Of a stretch of DNA of 64,000 nt, positions 36,133 through 47,202 are shown piece by piece (position 1 is the first letter of the stretch; each line of letters starts with the position of its first letter). Origin of the DNA: an uncultured delta proteobacterium (GTDB taxonomy: Bacteria; Desulfobacterota; Desulfomonilia; UBA1062); NCBI GenBank assembly GCA_963785235.1, contig CAWAUM010000001.1, positions 128,001 to 192,000 of the forward strand. The letters run 5' to 3'. The notes beneath the pieces are model-generated. The model saw nothing but the letters and a program-made list of their open reading frames with translations. It searched no databases and was not told the DNA's origin. Made by a program: the position numbers and the translations under genes.

Positions 36133-38194
36133 CGATCCTCACCAATCCCAGATTTTTAATAGTCACATCAGGCGGTATCTCATTGTGGGAGAGAACAACC
36201 AGGTCAGGCATATACCGTTCTGAAAGCCGTTTCACATATGCCCTGCTGATGGGCGATGTGAGCAGGATCGGTACGAGCCCTTGTTTCCCCACGTTGTTTA
36301 CCTCCTTGTTCAACGTCATCAGTATCTTCTGCGATTTCTCAGGATCTAATGCAAGATACGAACCATGTTCCGTATGCTGGATGGAGCTTGAGATCATGCC
36401 GTCTATATTGGGGTCCAGAGCCAGTACGCTGATGGTGTTACCCAGGATGTAGGGTACGCTGATGGTCCGCATGAGGGCTTGTCTGACATACTCTGTCAAA
36501 ATATCGGGGTCCTTGGATATATGTCCGAAGTCCGCCAGTGTCTCCAGGATGGTCAGGATGTTCTTCACAGAGACCTTCTCTTTGAGGAGGTTCCGGAGCA
36601 CCCTGAGAACGATTCCGGCGGGCATGGTGCCTGGAATGAGGTCTTCGATCACCTTGGGGTGGGTTCTTGATACCGAGTCCAGGATGGACTGCAGCTCCTG
36701 CCTTCCCAGCAGGTCATGGGCATTGCCCTTGATGGCCTCGGTCAGATGGGTAGCCACCACCGTGGCCGCATCGACTACCGTGAGCCCGGCCACCTGGGCG
36801 CGCTCGCTGTCGGCCTTTTTAATCCAGAGGCCGGGCAGTCCGAAGGCAGGTTCTTTGACGGGTATGCCCGGGATGTCGATATCCACCTTCTCGGGATTCA
36901 GGACCATAAGCCTGTCGGCAATGGCCTCAGCCTTGGCTATCTCAATACCCTTGAGCATCAGCCGGTATTCGTTGGGTTTGAGCTCGAGATTGTCCCGCAC
37001 ATGGATGGGGGGGACTACGACCCCAAGTTCGCCTGCAACGGTCTTGCGCATGGATTTGATACGCGCAAGCAGCTCCCCGCCCTGGGAGGTGTCCACCAGG
37101 GATATGAGGCCATATCCCACCTCGAACTCGATGAGATCCAGGGGAAGCAGTGCCTCGGCCGATACCTCTTCGCCTTGAGGCGCAGGAATCTCTTCCGGTT
37201 CCTTTTCTTCAGCCTTGAACCTGAGGCTTACCCACCCGATTCCGCCCATGACGGAGGCCATGGTAAGGAAGGCCATGTGGGGCATGCCCGGGACCAGCCC
37301 GAAGATGAAGATGATTCCTGCAGAAGTGAGGAGTGCCATGGGTTGGAAGGCAAGCTGCTCGGAGATCTGCTTGCCTACCGATTTATCTGCTCCGGATTGG
37401 GTTACCACGATACCGGCGGCCGATGAGATGATGAGCGCTGGGATCTGGGCAACCAGTCCGTCTCCGATAGTCAGCAGGGTATAGGTCTTAAGTGCGTCCT
37501 GAAATGGCATGCCGTTCTGCATCATGCCTATGATGATGCCACCTATAATATTGATGAATACGATGACAATGCCTGCAATGGCGTCGCCGCGGACGAACTT
37601 GGTGGCGCCGTCCATGGCCCCGTAGAATTCGGCTTCCCGGGCAATGCGGTCCCTGCGCTGCCGGGCCTCGTTCTCGGTTATCATTCCTGCATTGAGGTCA
37701 GCGTCAATGGCCATCTGTTTGCCGGGCATGGCATCCAGGGTGAACCGGGCCGTGACTTCGCCGATGCGGGTGGCGCCTTTGGTGATGACCACAAAATTTA
37801 TAAGGACGAAAATTGAAAAGACGACGATTCCCACTACATAGCTGCCACCCACCACGAACTGGCCGAAGGTATGGATAACGCGGCCTGCGGCCAGTTCACC
37901 CTCGAAGCCATGCAGGAGGATGATCCGGGTTGATGCGATGTTCAGCGCCAGCCTGAAAAGGGTCACGAGAAGCAGCAATGAGGGGAACACGGAGAAATTC
38001 AGCGGGCTTGTGGTGTACATGCTCATCATGAGTATGATGATGCCCAGCGTTATGCTGAAGGTGAGCAGGATATCCAGCATGAAGGTAGGCAGCGGCATCA
38101 AGACGATTGCAAGAACCGCAAGGACGCCGACTGCCATGAAAATGTCGCTGGAAATAGTTTCCGGTAACTTGATGGGAAGACTCTGTGCTGCCAT
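36122..38194 (-). CDS. flhA: flagellar export protein FlhA
   Basis: RFTLDAMPGKQMAIDADL, FYGAMDGA, TIGDGLV. Confidence 0.97.
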   Translation of the reverse strand: MAAQSLPIKLPETISSDIFMAVGVLAVLAIVLMPLPTFMLDILLTFSITLGIIILMMSMYTTSPLNFSVFPSLLLLVTLFRLALNIASTRIILLHGFEGELAAGRVIHTFGQFVVGGSYVVGIVVFSIFVLINFVVITKGATRIGEVTARFTLDAMPGKQMAIDADLNAGMITENEARQRRDRIAREAEFYGAMDGATKFVRGDAIAGIVIVFINIIGGIIIGMMQNGMPFQDALKTYTLLTIGDGLVAQIPALIISSAAGIVVTQSGADKSVGKQISEQLAFQPMALLTSAGIIFIFGLVPGMPHMAFLTMASVMGGIGWVSLRFKAEEKEPEEIPAPQGEEVSAEALLPLDLIEFEVGYGLISLVDTSQGGELLARIKSMRKTVAGELGVVVPPIHVRDNLELKPNEYRLMLKGIEIAKAEAIADRLMVLNPEKVDIDIPGIPVKEPAFGLPGLWIKKADSERAQVAGLTVVDAATVVATHLTEAIKGNAHDLLGRQELQSILDSVSRTHPKVIEDLIPGTMPAGIVLRVLRNLLKEKVSVKNILTILETLADFGHISKDPDILTEYVRQALMRTISVPYILGNTISVLALDPNIDGMISSSIQHTEHGSYLALDPEKSQKILMTLNKEVNNVGKQGLVPILLTSPISRAYVKRLSERYMPDLVVLSHNEIPPDVTIKNLGLVRIDAN

Positions 38195-39271
38195 TTATCT
38201 GACCCCTGCCTTCAGGCGGTAAACATATGCCAGGATTTCGGCCACCGCCTTGTAAAGTGTTTCCGGGATGGTTTCCCCGATATCCACGGATTTATGGAGC
38301 GCCTGGGCCAGCGGCTTGTTCTCGATTATGGGGACCGATGCCTTTCTCGCCACTTCCTTTATCTTTTGCGCCACCGTTCCTGCACCTTTGGCAATCACCG
38401 TGGGTGCGATCATCTTGCCGCGATCATATTGCAGGGCTACTGCCAGGTGCGTGGGGTTGGTTATGACCACATCCGCCTTGGGCACATCCCGCATCATTCG
38501 TCTCCTGGCCATGTGGATCTGAATGGAGCGTATCCTGCTCTTGATGAGGGGATTTCCGTCGGCCTGCTTGTACTCATCCTTGATCTCCTGTTTCGTCATC
38601 ATAAGATCCTGGGTGTGCTGCCACTTCTGGAATGTGTAATCAGCGGCCGCAATAATGATAAAGATCCACAACACATCCCACAGGAGGCGTATCGCTGAAC
38701 GAAAAATAGTCAATACTATGACGCTTACATCGGCCCCTATGAGAGGGGGGTAGACAGGGAGTTCGCGCATGATGGCCCGGTATGAAACCCAGCAGATGAT
38801 TGTCATGATTACCAGTGTCTTGACGAGCTGTTCCAGGCTCCTCATGGACATGAATTTATTCTTGAATCCGGTTATGGGATTGAGCTTGGAGAACTTCGGG
38901 GTGAGGGCCTCGGAGCTGAAGAGGAAGCCGACCTGCATGATATTTGACGCTAAGCCGATAACGAGGAAGAGCAAAAGCAGGGGCATTACTATCATTGCGA
39001 GCTCAAAGACACCGTGTCTTACAATGGCAATGACGCTCAAGTTTGACCCGTCCCACATGGAAAGCTCAGAGATGTATGTTCTGACGACAACCATAAGTTT
39101 GGATGCAATAGCCGGAATATAAAAATAAAATGCCAAGATTGTCGCAAGAAAGAGCATGGATGTGGATACCTCGATGCTCTTGCAGACCTGTCCCTTCTCG
39201 CGGGACTCATCGATACGCTTACTGGTAGGTTGTTCGGTTCGCTCTTGACCGTTCTCATTTTCTTTGGCCAT
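38195..39271 (-). CDS. flhB: flagellar export protein FlhB
   Basis: ERTEQPT..R, NPTH autocleavage motif, ENKPLAQ; start at MAKE (39271). Confidence 0.96.
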   Translation of the reverse strand: MAKENENGQERTEQPTSKRIDESREKGQVCKSIEVSTSMLFLATILAFYFYIPAIASKLMVVVRTYISELSMWDGSNLSVIAIVRHGVFELAMIVMPLLLLFLVIGLASNIMQVGFLFSSEALTPKFSKLNPITGFKNKFMSMRSLEQLVKTLVIMTIICWVSYRAIMRELPVYPPLIGADVSVIVLTIFRSAIRLLWDVLWIFIIIAAADYTFQKWQHTQDLMMTKQEIKDEYKQADGNPLIKSRIRSIQIHMARRRMMRDVPKADVVITNPTHLAVALQYDRGKMIAPTVIAKGAGTVAQKIKEVARKASVPIIENKPLAQALHKSVDIGETIPETLYKAVAEILAYVYRLKAGVR

Positions 39272-39283
39272 GGGATGGTGGAA

Positions 39284-39299
39284 TGCGAAAAACATACCA
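39284..39299 (-). promoter_or_regulatory. candidate sigma54 promoter for the flhB operon
   Basis: Minus strand TGGTATGTTTTTCGCA has GG-N10-GC spacing. Confidence 0.5.
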
Positions 39300-39518
39300 G
39301 GTTAGGAAATCCGACCGGAATTGGTTCTGCGAGGGGGGAGGTATTGATGACAGGCATGGCTAATTCTATGGTAATCTTGATTTGTAAAGTGCTATGCGAT
39401 AGTGTGATATGAGCAACAATGTGGCGGCCATTCTTTTGTGCTTTTAAAACAGGCTATTCACCACGAATGGCGGAGCTTTATTTAATACGCAATTTAATAA
39501 GCAGGGGGTTAATCGGAT

Positions 39519-40673
39519 ATGCAGTTCATTGACCTGAATTACCAGCAGAAGTTGATCCATGGGAAGATCATGGAGAACATCACGACTGTTCTCGCACACG
39601 GACAGTACATCATGGGCCCCGAGATCAGAGAGCTTGAGAAGAAACTCGGTGAATTTGTGGGCACAAAGCATGCAGTTTCATGTGCGTCGGGCACGGATGC
39701 CCTTCTCATGGCCCTTATGGCGTATGGTGTCGGGCCCGGTGATGCCATTTTCACAACGCCGTTCACCTTTGTTGCAACGGCAGAGGTCATTTCTCTGCTG
39801 GGGGCAACACCCATATTCGTGGATATCGAGCCGGATACCTTCAACATCGATCCTGAAAGGCTTGAAGAAGCAATAGCAGCACTTGAGGAGCGCAACCCCA
39901 AGAGACATCCATTGCCTGACGGGTTTGAAAAGCTTGAGCCAAAAGGGATCATTGCCGTGGACCTTTTTGGTCAGAGCGCAGACTACAGGCGCATCAATGA
40001 CCTGGCCGGAAACAAGGGTATGTTTGTCATAGAGGACGCGGCGCAGTCTTTTGGAGCCGAGTATAATGGCGCCAGGGCATGCTCCCTGGCTGATATTGCA
40101 GCCACCTCATTTTTCCCGGCAAAACCCCTGGGATGCTATGGAGACGGTGGAATGGTCTTCACCAATAATGACGAACTCGCTTCCCGGCTTGATTCCATCC
40201 GGGTTCATGGCAAGGGATCAGACAAGTATGATAACATCCGCATAGGGATCAACGGCAGGTGCGACACCCTGCAGGCAGCTATCCTGCTGGCCAAGTTCGA
40301 GATCTTCGCAGGAGAGATCGAGCTCAGGCAGAAGGTGGCACTGCGGTATAACCAGTTGCTCGGCGTTTCGGAGAAGCTCACGTGCCCAACAGTCAAGCCG
40401 GGTAACAAGAGCGCATGGGCCCAGTATTCAGTTCTCTGCAAGAACAGGGATGTCATCCTCGATGCACTCAGGAATGCCAAGATCCCGAGTGCCATCTATT
40501 ATCCGAAGCCCCTGCATGTCCAGGGGGCATATAAATATTTAGGCTACAGCTCAGGTGATTTCTCTGTATCCGAAAAAACTGCTGAGGCCATCTTCTCGCT
40601 GCCGATGCACCCTTATCTTGCAGATGAAGACCAGGAGAGAATCTCTCAAGTTATCCTCAAATCCATTAAATAG
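39519..40673 (+). CDS. DegT/DnrJ family sugar aminotransferase (WbpE/WlbC-like)
   Basis: SGTDAL, IEDAAQSFG, SFFPAKPLGCYGDGG, LPMHPY. Confidence 0.93.
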   Translation: MQFIDLNYQQKLIHGKIMENITTVLAHGQYIMGPEIRELEKKLGEFVGTKHAVSCASGTDALLMALMAYGVGPGDAIFTTPFTFVATAEVISLLGATPIFVDIEPDTFNIDPERLEEAIAALEERNPKRHPLPDGFEKLEPKGIIAVDLFGQSADYRRINDLAGNKGMFVIEDAAQSFGAEYNGARACSLADIAATSFFPAKPLGCYGDGGMVFTNNDELASRLDSIRVHGKGSDKYDNIRIGINGRCDTLQAAILLAKFEIFAGEIELRQKVALRYNQLLGVSEKLTCPTVKPGNKSAWAQYSVLCKNRDVILDALRNAKIPSAIYYPKPLHVQGAYKYLGYSSGDFSVSEKTAEAIFSLPMHPYLADEDQERISQVILKSIK

Positions 40674-40709
40674 ACAGGTTGCCGCATCTATTGGCAGGGG
40701 GAAGATGAA

Positions 40710-42294
40710 GTGCATGATTCACAGAAGAATGTAACGGTCGCTGTAATCGGATCCGGATACTGGGGTAAGAACCTGGTGCGGAATTATGCCGAGCTTGGAG
40801 CGCTCTATGGTGTCTGTGACAGCAGCGATTCTGCGCTGGATTCATTCAGACAGAAGTATCCACAGGTGAAATACACCACGAATTTCTTGGATCTTCTCAA
40901 TGATGATGCCTTGAAAGGCATCGTTATTGCCACGCCGGCGGAAACACACTTTTCCCTTGCGCGGGAAGCGCTTTTATCCGGCAAGGATGTCTTTGTGGAG
41001 AAGCCCTTATCGCTCAATGTAGATGAGGCCGAAGAGCTCAAAGAGATCGCCGAGAAGAAATCGCTCATCCTCATGGTCGGGCATCTGCTCCAGTATCACA
41101 GCGCCTTTATCAAATTGAAGGAACTTATAAGGGATGGCCAGCTGGGCAGGATTCATTACATCTATTCCAACCGGCTCAGCTTCGGCAAGATCCGCAGGGA
41201 AGAGGATATCCTGTGGAGCTTTGCCCCGCACGACATCTCCATGATACTCACCCTTGCCCAGGAAGAGCCGGAAAGTGTCATGGCAACAGGCGGCAACTAT
41301 CTCCACAAGAAGATAGCCGATGTCACCACCACCCACCTGGAATTTGCCAGCGGGCTCAAGGCGCATGTATTCGTCTCGTGGCTCCACCCCTTCAAGGAGC
41401 AGATGCTGGTCGTTGTGGGTGAGAAGAACATGGCGGTCTTCAGGGACACGGTGCCGTGGGGTGAAAAACTGCTTCTGTACCCGCACAATATCCAGTGGCA
41501 TGACGGCATCCCCATCCCTGATAAAAAAGACGAGATAAAGGTTGTTGTGGAACAGAGCGAGCCGCTGAAGGCAGAGTGCCTCCACTTCATTGAATGCATC
41601 AGTCAAAGGAAGGCACCGGTGACCGATGCCCGGGAAGGCATCGAGGTGCTCAGGATACTCAAGGCGAGCCAGGATTCGTTGAACAACAACGGCCGGAAGA
41701 TCATGCTGAAGGAAGACCTCATGAAGAAGCCGCATGAGTATTCCGTGCATGAATCAAGCTATGTAGATGATGGTGTAGTCATTGGGGCCAGGGACAAAGA
41801 TCTGGCATTTCAGCCATATCATCAAGGGTTCGACCATCGGCAACGGGTGCAGTATCGGCCAGAATGTGGTCATCGGCCCTGATGTGAGCGTGGGCAGCGG
41901 CTGCAAGATCCAGAACAATGTCTCCATCTACAAGGGTGTCAAACTGGAAGACAATGTCTTCTGCGGGCCATCCATGGTCTTCACCAATGTCTTCAATCCC
42001 AGGGCGCATATCCCCAGGATGGATGAACTGAGGCCCACCCTGGTGAAAATCGGAGCCACTATCGGTGCGAACGCTACCATCGTATGCGGGTATACCATCG
42101 GCGCATATGCATTCATCGGTGCTGGGGCCACGGTAACCCGTGGCGCCCCCGACCATGCCCTCATGGTGGGCAACCCCGCCAAACAGATCGGCTGGATGTG
42201 CGAGTGCGGCAACAGGCTTGATGAAAAACTCCAATGCTCTCATTGCGGCAAGGAATACAAAAAATCGGATAAAGGGCTGAGGCTGAAATCTTAA
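40710..42294 (+). CDS. fused Gfo/Idh/MocA oxidoreductase and hexapeptide N-acetyltransferase (WbpB-WbpD-like; frameshift in G-run 41784-41787)
   Basis: GSGYWG, VEKP, HDIS; then [14 protein letters not shown] continues as [11 protein letters not shown]...IQNNVSIY...FTNVFNPR after a one-base shift. Confidence 0.88.
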
Positions 42295-42376
42295 GGGGTT
42301 ATTACTAATGTCTGCATTACAGAACTTATGTGTGACTGTATCATCATAGATGATAAACCAGTAGGGGTAGGCGGGT

Positions 42377-43198
42377 ATGGATAAGGATGAAATAAACGAC
42401 AATTATAACGATAAGGATATCAATCTCTATGACCTTTTGCTTACTTTGAAAAGGAAGTGGCTGATAATCTTTGTTGTTACAGTAGTATCCACTGGGCTTG
42501 CCTTTTCATACGCAGCATCGGCCAAGAAGGTTTATCGGGTCCACAATATCCTTATGATTAACCAGATGCAGGATGGGGATCTTTTCAATCAGGCTGAGCT
42601 CTCTGAAACTGTTTCCATGCTTGATAAACTTAATAAGATGAGTGATCAGAAAAAAGATAAACTATTAAGCATGGTGGGTATGCAAGAAAAGGATCTGAAT
42701 GAGATTAGTGATGTCAGGGTAGTAGATATAAAAGGATCAGGTTCATTATGGGTAGATATTGAGACATATGACCGTCAAGCTGGTGTCACCCTCATGGATG
42801 CCTTGCCTGGGTTTGTGCTTTCAAGCCCCAGTATATCCAACAGATTAAAAATGCAAAAGTCACTTATAATGAAGAACAGGGAGGATTTGAAGGCTATCAT
42901 TGATAATCCTGTTATGAATATCAAGTTAGCCAGCGATACTGTTGTATATCTTCCATCCATTGACCTTTTTACACTACACGAGAAGTATAATCGTATAAAT
43001 TCCATCCTGGAAAACATGGAAAGTGGCCAGCGTATCTCCCTTGCCTGGAAAACAGAGTTACCCAAGACCCATATCAAGCCAAGAAAGATCAAGATTATCT
43101 TAATAGGATTAATAGCAGGGCTTTTCTCTGGAGTTCTCATTGCGTTTATTATGGAATGGAAGGAAAGTGCAAAGTACAAATATAATTCTCTTGTGTAA
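42377..43198 (+). CDS. Wzz-like chain length determinant
   Basis: INLYDLLLTL..KWLII N-terminal TM; P...IKPR and C-terminal TM. Confidence 0.8.
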   Translation: MDKDEINDNYNDKDINLYDLLLTLKRKWLIIFVVTVVSTGLAFSYAASAKKVYRVHNILMINQMQDGDLFNQAELSETVSMLDKLNKMSDQKKDKLLSMVGMQEKDLNEISDVRVVDIKGSGSLWVDIETYDRQAGVTLMDALPGFVLSSPSISNRLKMQKSLIMKNREDLKAIIDNPVMNIKLASDTVVYLPSIDLFTLHEKYNRINSILENMESGQRISLAWKTELPKTHIKPRKIKIILIGLIAGLFSGVLIAFIMEWKESAKYKYNSLV

Positions 43199-43216
43199 CT
43201 CTATTTGCGGTTATAA

Positions 43217-44467
43217 GTGAAGTCGAGTTCACCTATCAAGGCCATCATATCGTTATATGGCCTTCAAATAAGCAATCTTGTCATTCCATTGATTGTTTTT
43301 CCATGGCTGGCTTTCTCCCTCGGGATTGAACAATTCGGTCTCTATAATTTTATATTTGCTATTCTTGCATACCTGAGTTTGCTGGTTGATTACGGAATTA
43401 ATCTGACTGCAACACGTGATGTTGCGATGAACTTAAACAATGTCCAGAAAAATTCTGAAGTTTTCTGGGTAAGCCTGTGGGTAAAAACTTTATTGTGCCT
43501 TATTTCATTCTTTATCCTTTTATTCTTAGGCCTGATTCTTGATAAGATATCCGACCACTTTTCAATGTATCTTTTAGCCTTTATTATGCCTATCAGCTCC
43601 CTATTAAGCACCACGTATTTTTTTCAGGGGCTTGGAAAACTGGAAATACCAAGTTTCGCCAACCTGATCGTTCGTCTGCTAAGTCTTCCTTTTTTGTTTT
43701 TATTTGTGAGAAGCCCCTCTGATTTGGCAAACGCGATACTCATAGCCGCATTACCCGGTTTTGTTGTTGCTATATTTTGCATGTTTTTAATCAGAAGATA
43801 TAAATTAGTGAAGAAGGTAAGCATTACCAGGCAAGACATTCGCAATGGTTTTGCTTCCGGACTTTATCCATTTTTAACATCAGGTCTGTCCACGATATAC
43901 ACGGGAAGCTACCTGATCATTATCGGTCTGGTTTTGAACAACAGTGCAGTCGCGGTGTTTGCAGTTGCGGATAAAATAATGAAGACATTAAACGCCATGA
44001 TCACTCCCATATCCATGGCTGTTTATCATGATATCAGCAAATTCGTTGTCTCTAGTCTGAATGGTTTAAAAAAATTATTGAAATTTGTGGTTTTCATAAA
44101 CATTACTCTCGGGCTTGTTATTGCTCTGTTAATTTACTCTGGTGGGTTTGATATCATCATAAATTTATTATTTTCTGATAAATATTCCGGTTCTTTAGAC
44201 CTCATCAGGATAGTGGCGGTAGGCCCCTTATTCTTCGGTATTCTTCAGATATCCTACATGCTGCTTCTCTCGATGAAGAAAGAAGTCTACATGACGAAAA
44301 TTTATGGATTGGTATTAATAGTTCATCTTCCTTTATTATTGATTATATCTAAAGAGTATAAATTGGTTGGTAGTGCAACTTTGATGATAGCAACAGATTT
44401 TCTCATTATGGTGGCGGCGTTGATTATGAGTATTCGAGTGTTAAAGGCACATCTTGCCAGGAATTAA
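43217..44467 (+). CDS. wzx: Wzx flippase
   Basis: Multi-TM protein; LGIEQFG, VDYGINLTATR, FFQG. Confidence 0.85.
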   Translation: MKSSSPIKAIISLYGLQISNLVIPLIVFPWLAFSLGIEQFGLYNFIFAILAYLSLLVDYGINLTATRDVAMNLNNVQKNSEVFWVSLWVKTLLCLISFFILLFLGLILDKISDHFSMYLLAFIMPISSLLSTTYFFQGLGKLEIPSFANLIVRLLSLPFLFLFVRSPSDLANAILIAALPGFVVAIFCMFLIRRYKLVKKVSITRQDIRNGFASGLYPFLTSGLSTIYTGSYLIIIGLVLNNSAVAVFAVADKIMKTLNAMITPISMAVYHDISKFVVSSLNGLKKLLKFVVFINITLGLVIALLIYSGGFDIIINLLFSDKYSGSLDLIRIVAVGPLFFGILQISYMLLLSMKKEVYMTKIYGLVLIVHLPLLLIISKEYKLVGSATLMIATDFLIMVAALIMSIRVLKAHLARN

Positions 44468-44483
44468 AGCCAGGTAAGAAATT

Positions 44484-45746
44484 ATGAAGAAAGTGACACA
44501 TCTTTGTTACGCGGCATCCTGCCAGACAGCAGCCTATCGGTTGCATAGAAGTCTCGTATCCGTAGGATGTGAGTCCCAGGTGATAACCGGCGCACAATCA
44601 ATAAATGATAAAGACCTCATTCAGCCGCAAACGTCCCGGGAAAAATTATCAGCCATAACCGGGATAGTGAGAGAACGCCTTTATAGAAAATTGCTTTATC
44701 GCAAATGCACGACATATTTTTCATTAAATATCGGACCCGCCTTGCTTCAACAAAAATGGCTTGAGAATATATACAGGGTTAAAACAGATGTAGTTCATTT
44801 GCACTGGATCGGAAACGGATTTATCCCGATAAAAGGCCTGCCCAGTTTTAAAAAGCCCATCATCTGGACCATGCATGATATGTGGCCGATCACAGGCGGG
44901 TGTCATGTAACCGGGTCATGTCATAAATTTGAAGCACAATGCGGTCGTTGTCCACAGATAAAAAGTTGTAGAGAGCATGATCTGACAACAATTAATTTTG
45001 AAAGAAAAAGATCTATCTATAGAAAACTGAATTTAACCATTGTGGCACCTTCGAGATGGATGGAATATGAGGTAAAAAAAAGTCCCTTGATCAATCATTC
45101 AGAAATAATCAGAATACCCAATGCAATAGACACATCCTTATTCAAACCCCTCAATAAAAGTTTCGCGAGAAATGCGCTGAATCTCGATAACAATAAAACC
45201 ATTATAGCATTTGGGGCCATATCAGGTATGGCTGATATGAATAAAGGCTTTGACTTGCTGAAAGAAGCGTTGCAGATTCTGTCTGTTCGAAGAAATGATT
45301 TATTGCTGTTGATTTTTGGGGGAGAGAGTAACTCAAAAAATGAATTAGATTTTGGATGTGAAATTAAATGCATTGGGAAACTATCCGATGACCTTACGCT
45401 TGCCCTCGTATATTCAGCAGCCGATGTAATTGTTGTTCCCTCCAGGCAGGAATCTTTCAGTCAAATCTCATCTGAATCGCTATCATGCGGAACGCCGGTT
45501 GTCGCTTTTGATGCGACAGGGCCGAGAGACATAATAAATCATAAGGAAAACGGCTATCTCGCGAAACCATACGAATATCAGGATTTAGCAGCCGGCATAC
45601 AATGGATTCTGGAGGACAAGGAGCGTTGGAAGGTATTATCAGAAAACGCACGGCTAAAAGCGCTGCATAATTTTAGTTATGGGGTGATAGGAAAGCGACA
45701 CAATGATGTATATGATGGATTGTTAGAAAAGAATGGAGCAAAGTAG
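44484..45746 (+). CDS. GT4 glycosyltransferase (WcaC-like)
   Basis: AAYRLH, VHLHW, WTMHDMWPITGGCH, C.RCP, ESLSCGTPVVAF. Confidence 0.88.
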   Translation: MKKVTHLCYAASCQTAAYRLHRSLVSVGCESQVITGAQSINDKDLIQPQTSREKLSAITGIVRERLYRKLLYRKCTTYFSLNIGPALLQQKWLENIYRVKTDVVHLHWIGNGFIPIKGLPSFKKPIIWTMHDMWPITGGCHVTGSCHKFEAQCGRCPQIKSCREHDLTTINFERKRSIYRKLNLTIVAPSRWMEYEVKKSPLINHSEIIRIPNAIDTSLFKPLNKSFARNALNLDNNKTIIAFGAISGMADMNKGFDLLKEALQILSVRRNDLLLLIFGGESNSKNELDFGCEIKCIGKLSDDLTLALVYSAADVIVVPSRQESFSQISSESLSCGTPVVAFDATGPRDIINHKENGYLAKPYEYQDLAAGIQWILEDKERWKVLSENARLKALHNFSYGVIGKRHNDVYDGLLEKNGAK

Positions 45747-46530
45747 AAGTATAATATCATATTCCCTCTACGGGAATAACCGAAGATATACAGCCCCACT
45801 CTTGATTAATGCGGAAATAGCAGGGCGGTTATTTCCGGGATGGACAATATATGTATATCACGATGAAACGGTAAGCGTTCAATATTTAAGTCAACTAAAG
45901 CAATATGGAATTGTCACCATAAACATTGATAAAATTGATAATAAAAAATTGCCCCCGAAGATGTGGAGGTTTTTACCAACAGCGAGCCCCAATGTTGAGA
46001 GTATAATTTTTCGAGATGCTGATTCATTACTGACACAAAGAGAACGAGATCTCGTAATAAAATGGATGCAGTCCGATAAGTCGGTACATATCATACGTGA
46101 CCATCCATTACACGTTGCCCCTATACTTGCGGGGATGTTTGGCATGAAGAAAGATTCCTTCCGAATTCTTTCCACCCTTCTGGAATCAAAGACCCCTGAT
46201 GTACATACATGGCCACATGATTATGATCAGGTTTTTTTAGCTGACCATTTTTATCCCAAGATAAAGGAGGCGGCCCTTATACACGTATCGTTCTTTCAGT
46301 ATTGGGGTGAGAGTGTGATAAAAATTGATCCGGTTGCTGAAGGCAATAATTTTATTGGGGCTGTTTTTCATGAAGACGAAGCAAATCATGAATTAAATAA
46401 GATGATGATGAAATCCGGATTCATCAATGGGATACCCTATTCAATGGCAAGGATAATGCGTTACCGTGTGCGACCAATTATTTATACTTCAAAGCTTTTT
46501 CAGTTTCTCCGCAATAGTTTAATTTCTTAG
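45733..46530 (+). CDS. hypothetical protein, probable GT-A-like glycan-modifying enzyme
   Basis: ISYSLYG, MWRF, RDADS (DxD), HIIRDHP.H, ILAGMFG, DQVFL. Confidence 0.65.
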   Translation: MEQSRSIISYSLYGNNRRYTAPLLINAEIAGRLFPGWTIYVYHDETVSVQYLSQLKQYGIVTINIDKIDNKKLPPKMWRFLPTASPNVESIIFRDADSLLTQRERDLVIKWMQSDKSVHIIRDHPLHVAPILAGMFGMKKDSFRILSTLLESKTPDVHTWPHDYDQVFLADHFYPKIKEAALIHVSFFQYWGESVIKIDPVAEGNNFIGAVFHEDEANHELNKMMMKSGFINGIPYSMARIMRYRVRPIIYTSKLFQFLRNSLIS

Positions 46531-46533
46531 CAT

Positions 46534-47136
46534 ATGACTCGGAAGACCAATAAGTCATCAGACTCAAGGCACCTTGATCTGGGGTGTGGGAATAATCCGC
46601 GCAATCCGTATGGGCAAGCAAATCTATACGGTATTGATATTGGAGAGCTTCATGGCAATCAAGATGCCATCTATACAAGATGTAATGTAGTCTATTCAGA
46701 CCTGCCATTTGAAGACAACATGTTTGACTCAGTTTCTGCATATGATTTCATTGAGCATATCCCAAGGCTGATATCTGTTGATGGGGCAAATGAATATCCT
46801 TTTATCCATGTAATGAATGAAATATATCGAGTGCTTAAACCGGGTGGAAAATTTTATGCGCTAACACCGGCATATCCGAAGGAAAGTGTATTTGTAGACC
46901 CGACCCATGTAAATATTATCACGAAAAATACCCATAAATACTTTACGGAGCCTCACAATTGGGCATCCATGTATGGGTTTATCGGGAAGTTTAAGGTTAT
47001 CCGTGCCCAGTGGTGTTATTTTAGGAATGAGACAGAAGTGATGGGGCCAATTGAATTGTTTTTTAAAAATTTATGTTGTCGCATGTATCGTAAGATGATG
47101 CAGCATTTCATCTGGGAATTTCAGGCAATGAAATAA
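46534..47136 (+). CDS. class I SAM-dependent methyltransferase
   Basis: LDLGCG, LPFEDNMFD, EIYRVLKPGG, DPTH. Confidence 0.88.
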   Translation: MTRKTNKSSDSRHLDLGCGNNPRNPYGQANLYGIDIGELHGNQDAIYTRCNVVYSDLPFEDNMFDSVSAYDFIEHIPRLISVDGANEYPFIHVMNEIYRVLKPGGKFYALTPAYPKESVFVDPTHVNIITKNTHKYFTEPHNWASMYGFIGKFKVIRAQWCYFRNETEVMGPIELFFKNLCCRMYRKMMQHFIWEFQAMK

Positions 47137-47202
47137 AGGCTATGGCCTTATGAAAATTGTATTTTATCATATCCCGAAGTAACTCATGAACCAAAGCTCA
47201 TC

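Noticed and set aside
39420-39518. JUMPstart/ops element before the polysaccharide locus
   Set aside because: GGCGGAGC only partly matches GGCGGTAG and the rest of JUMPstart is absent.
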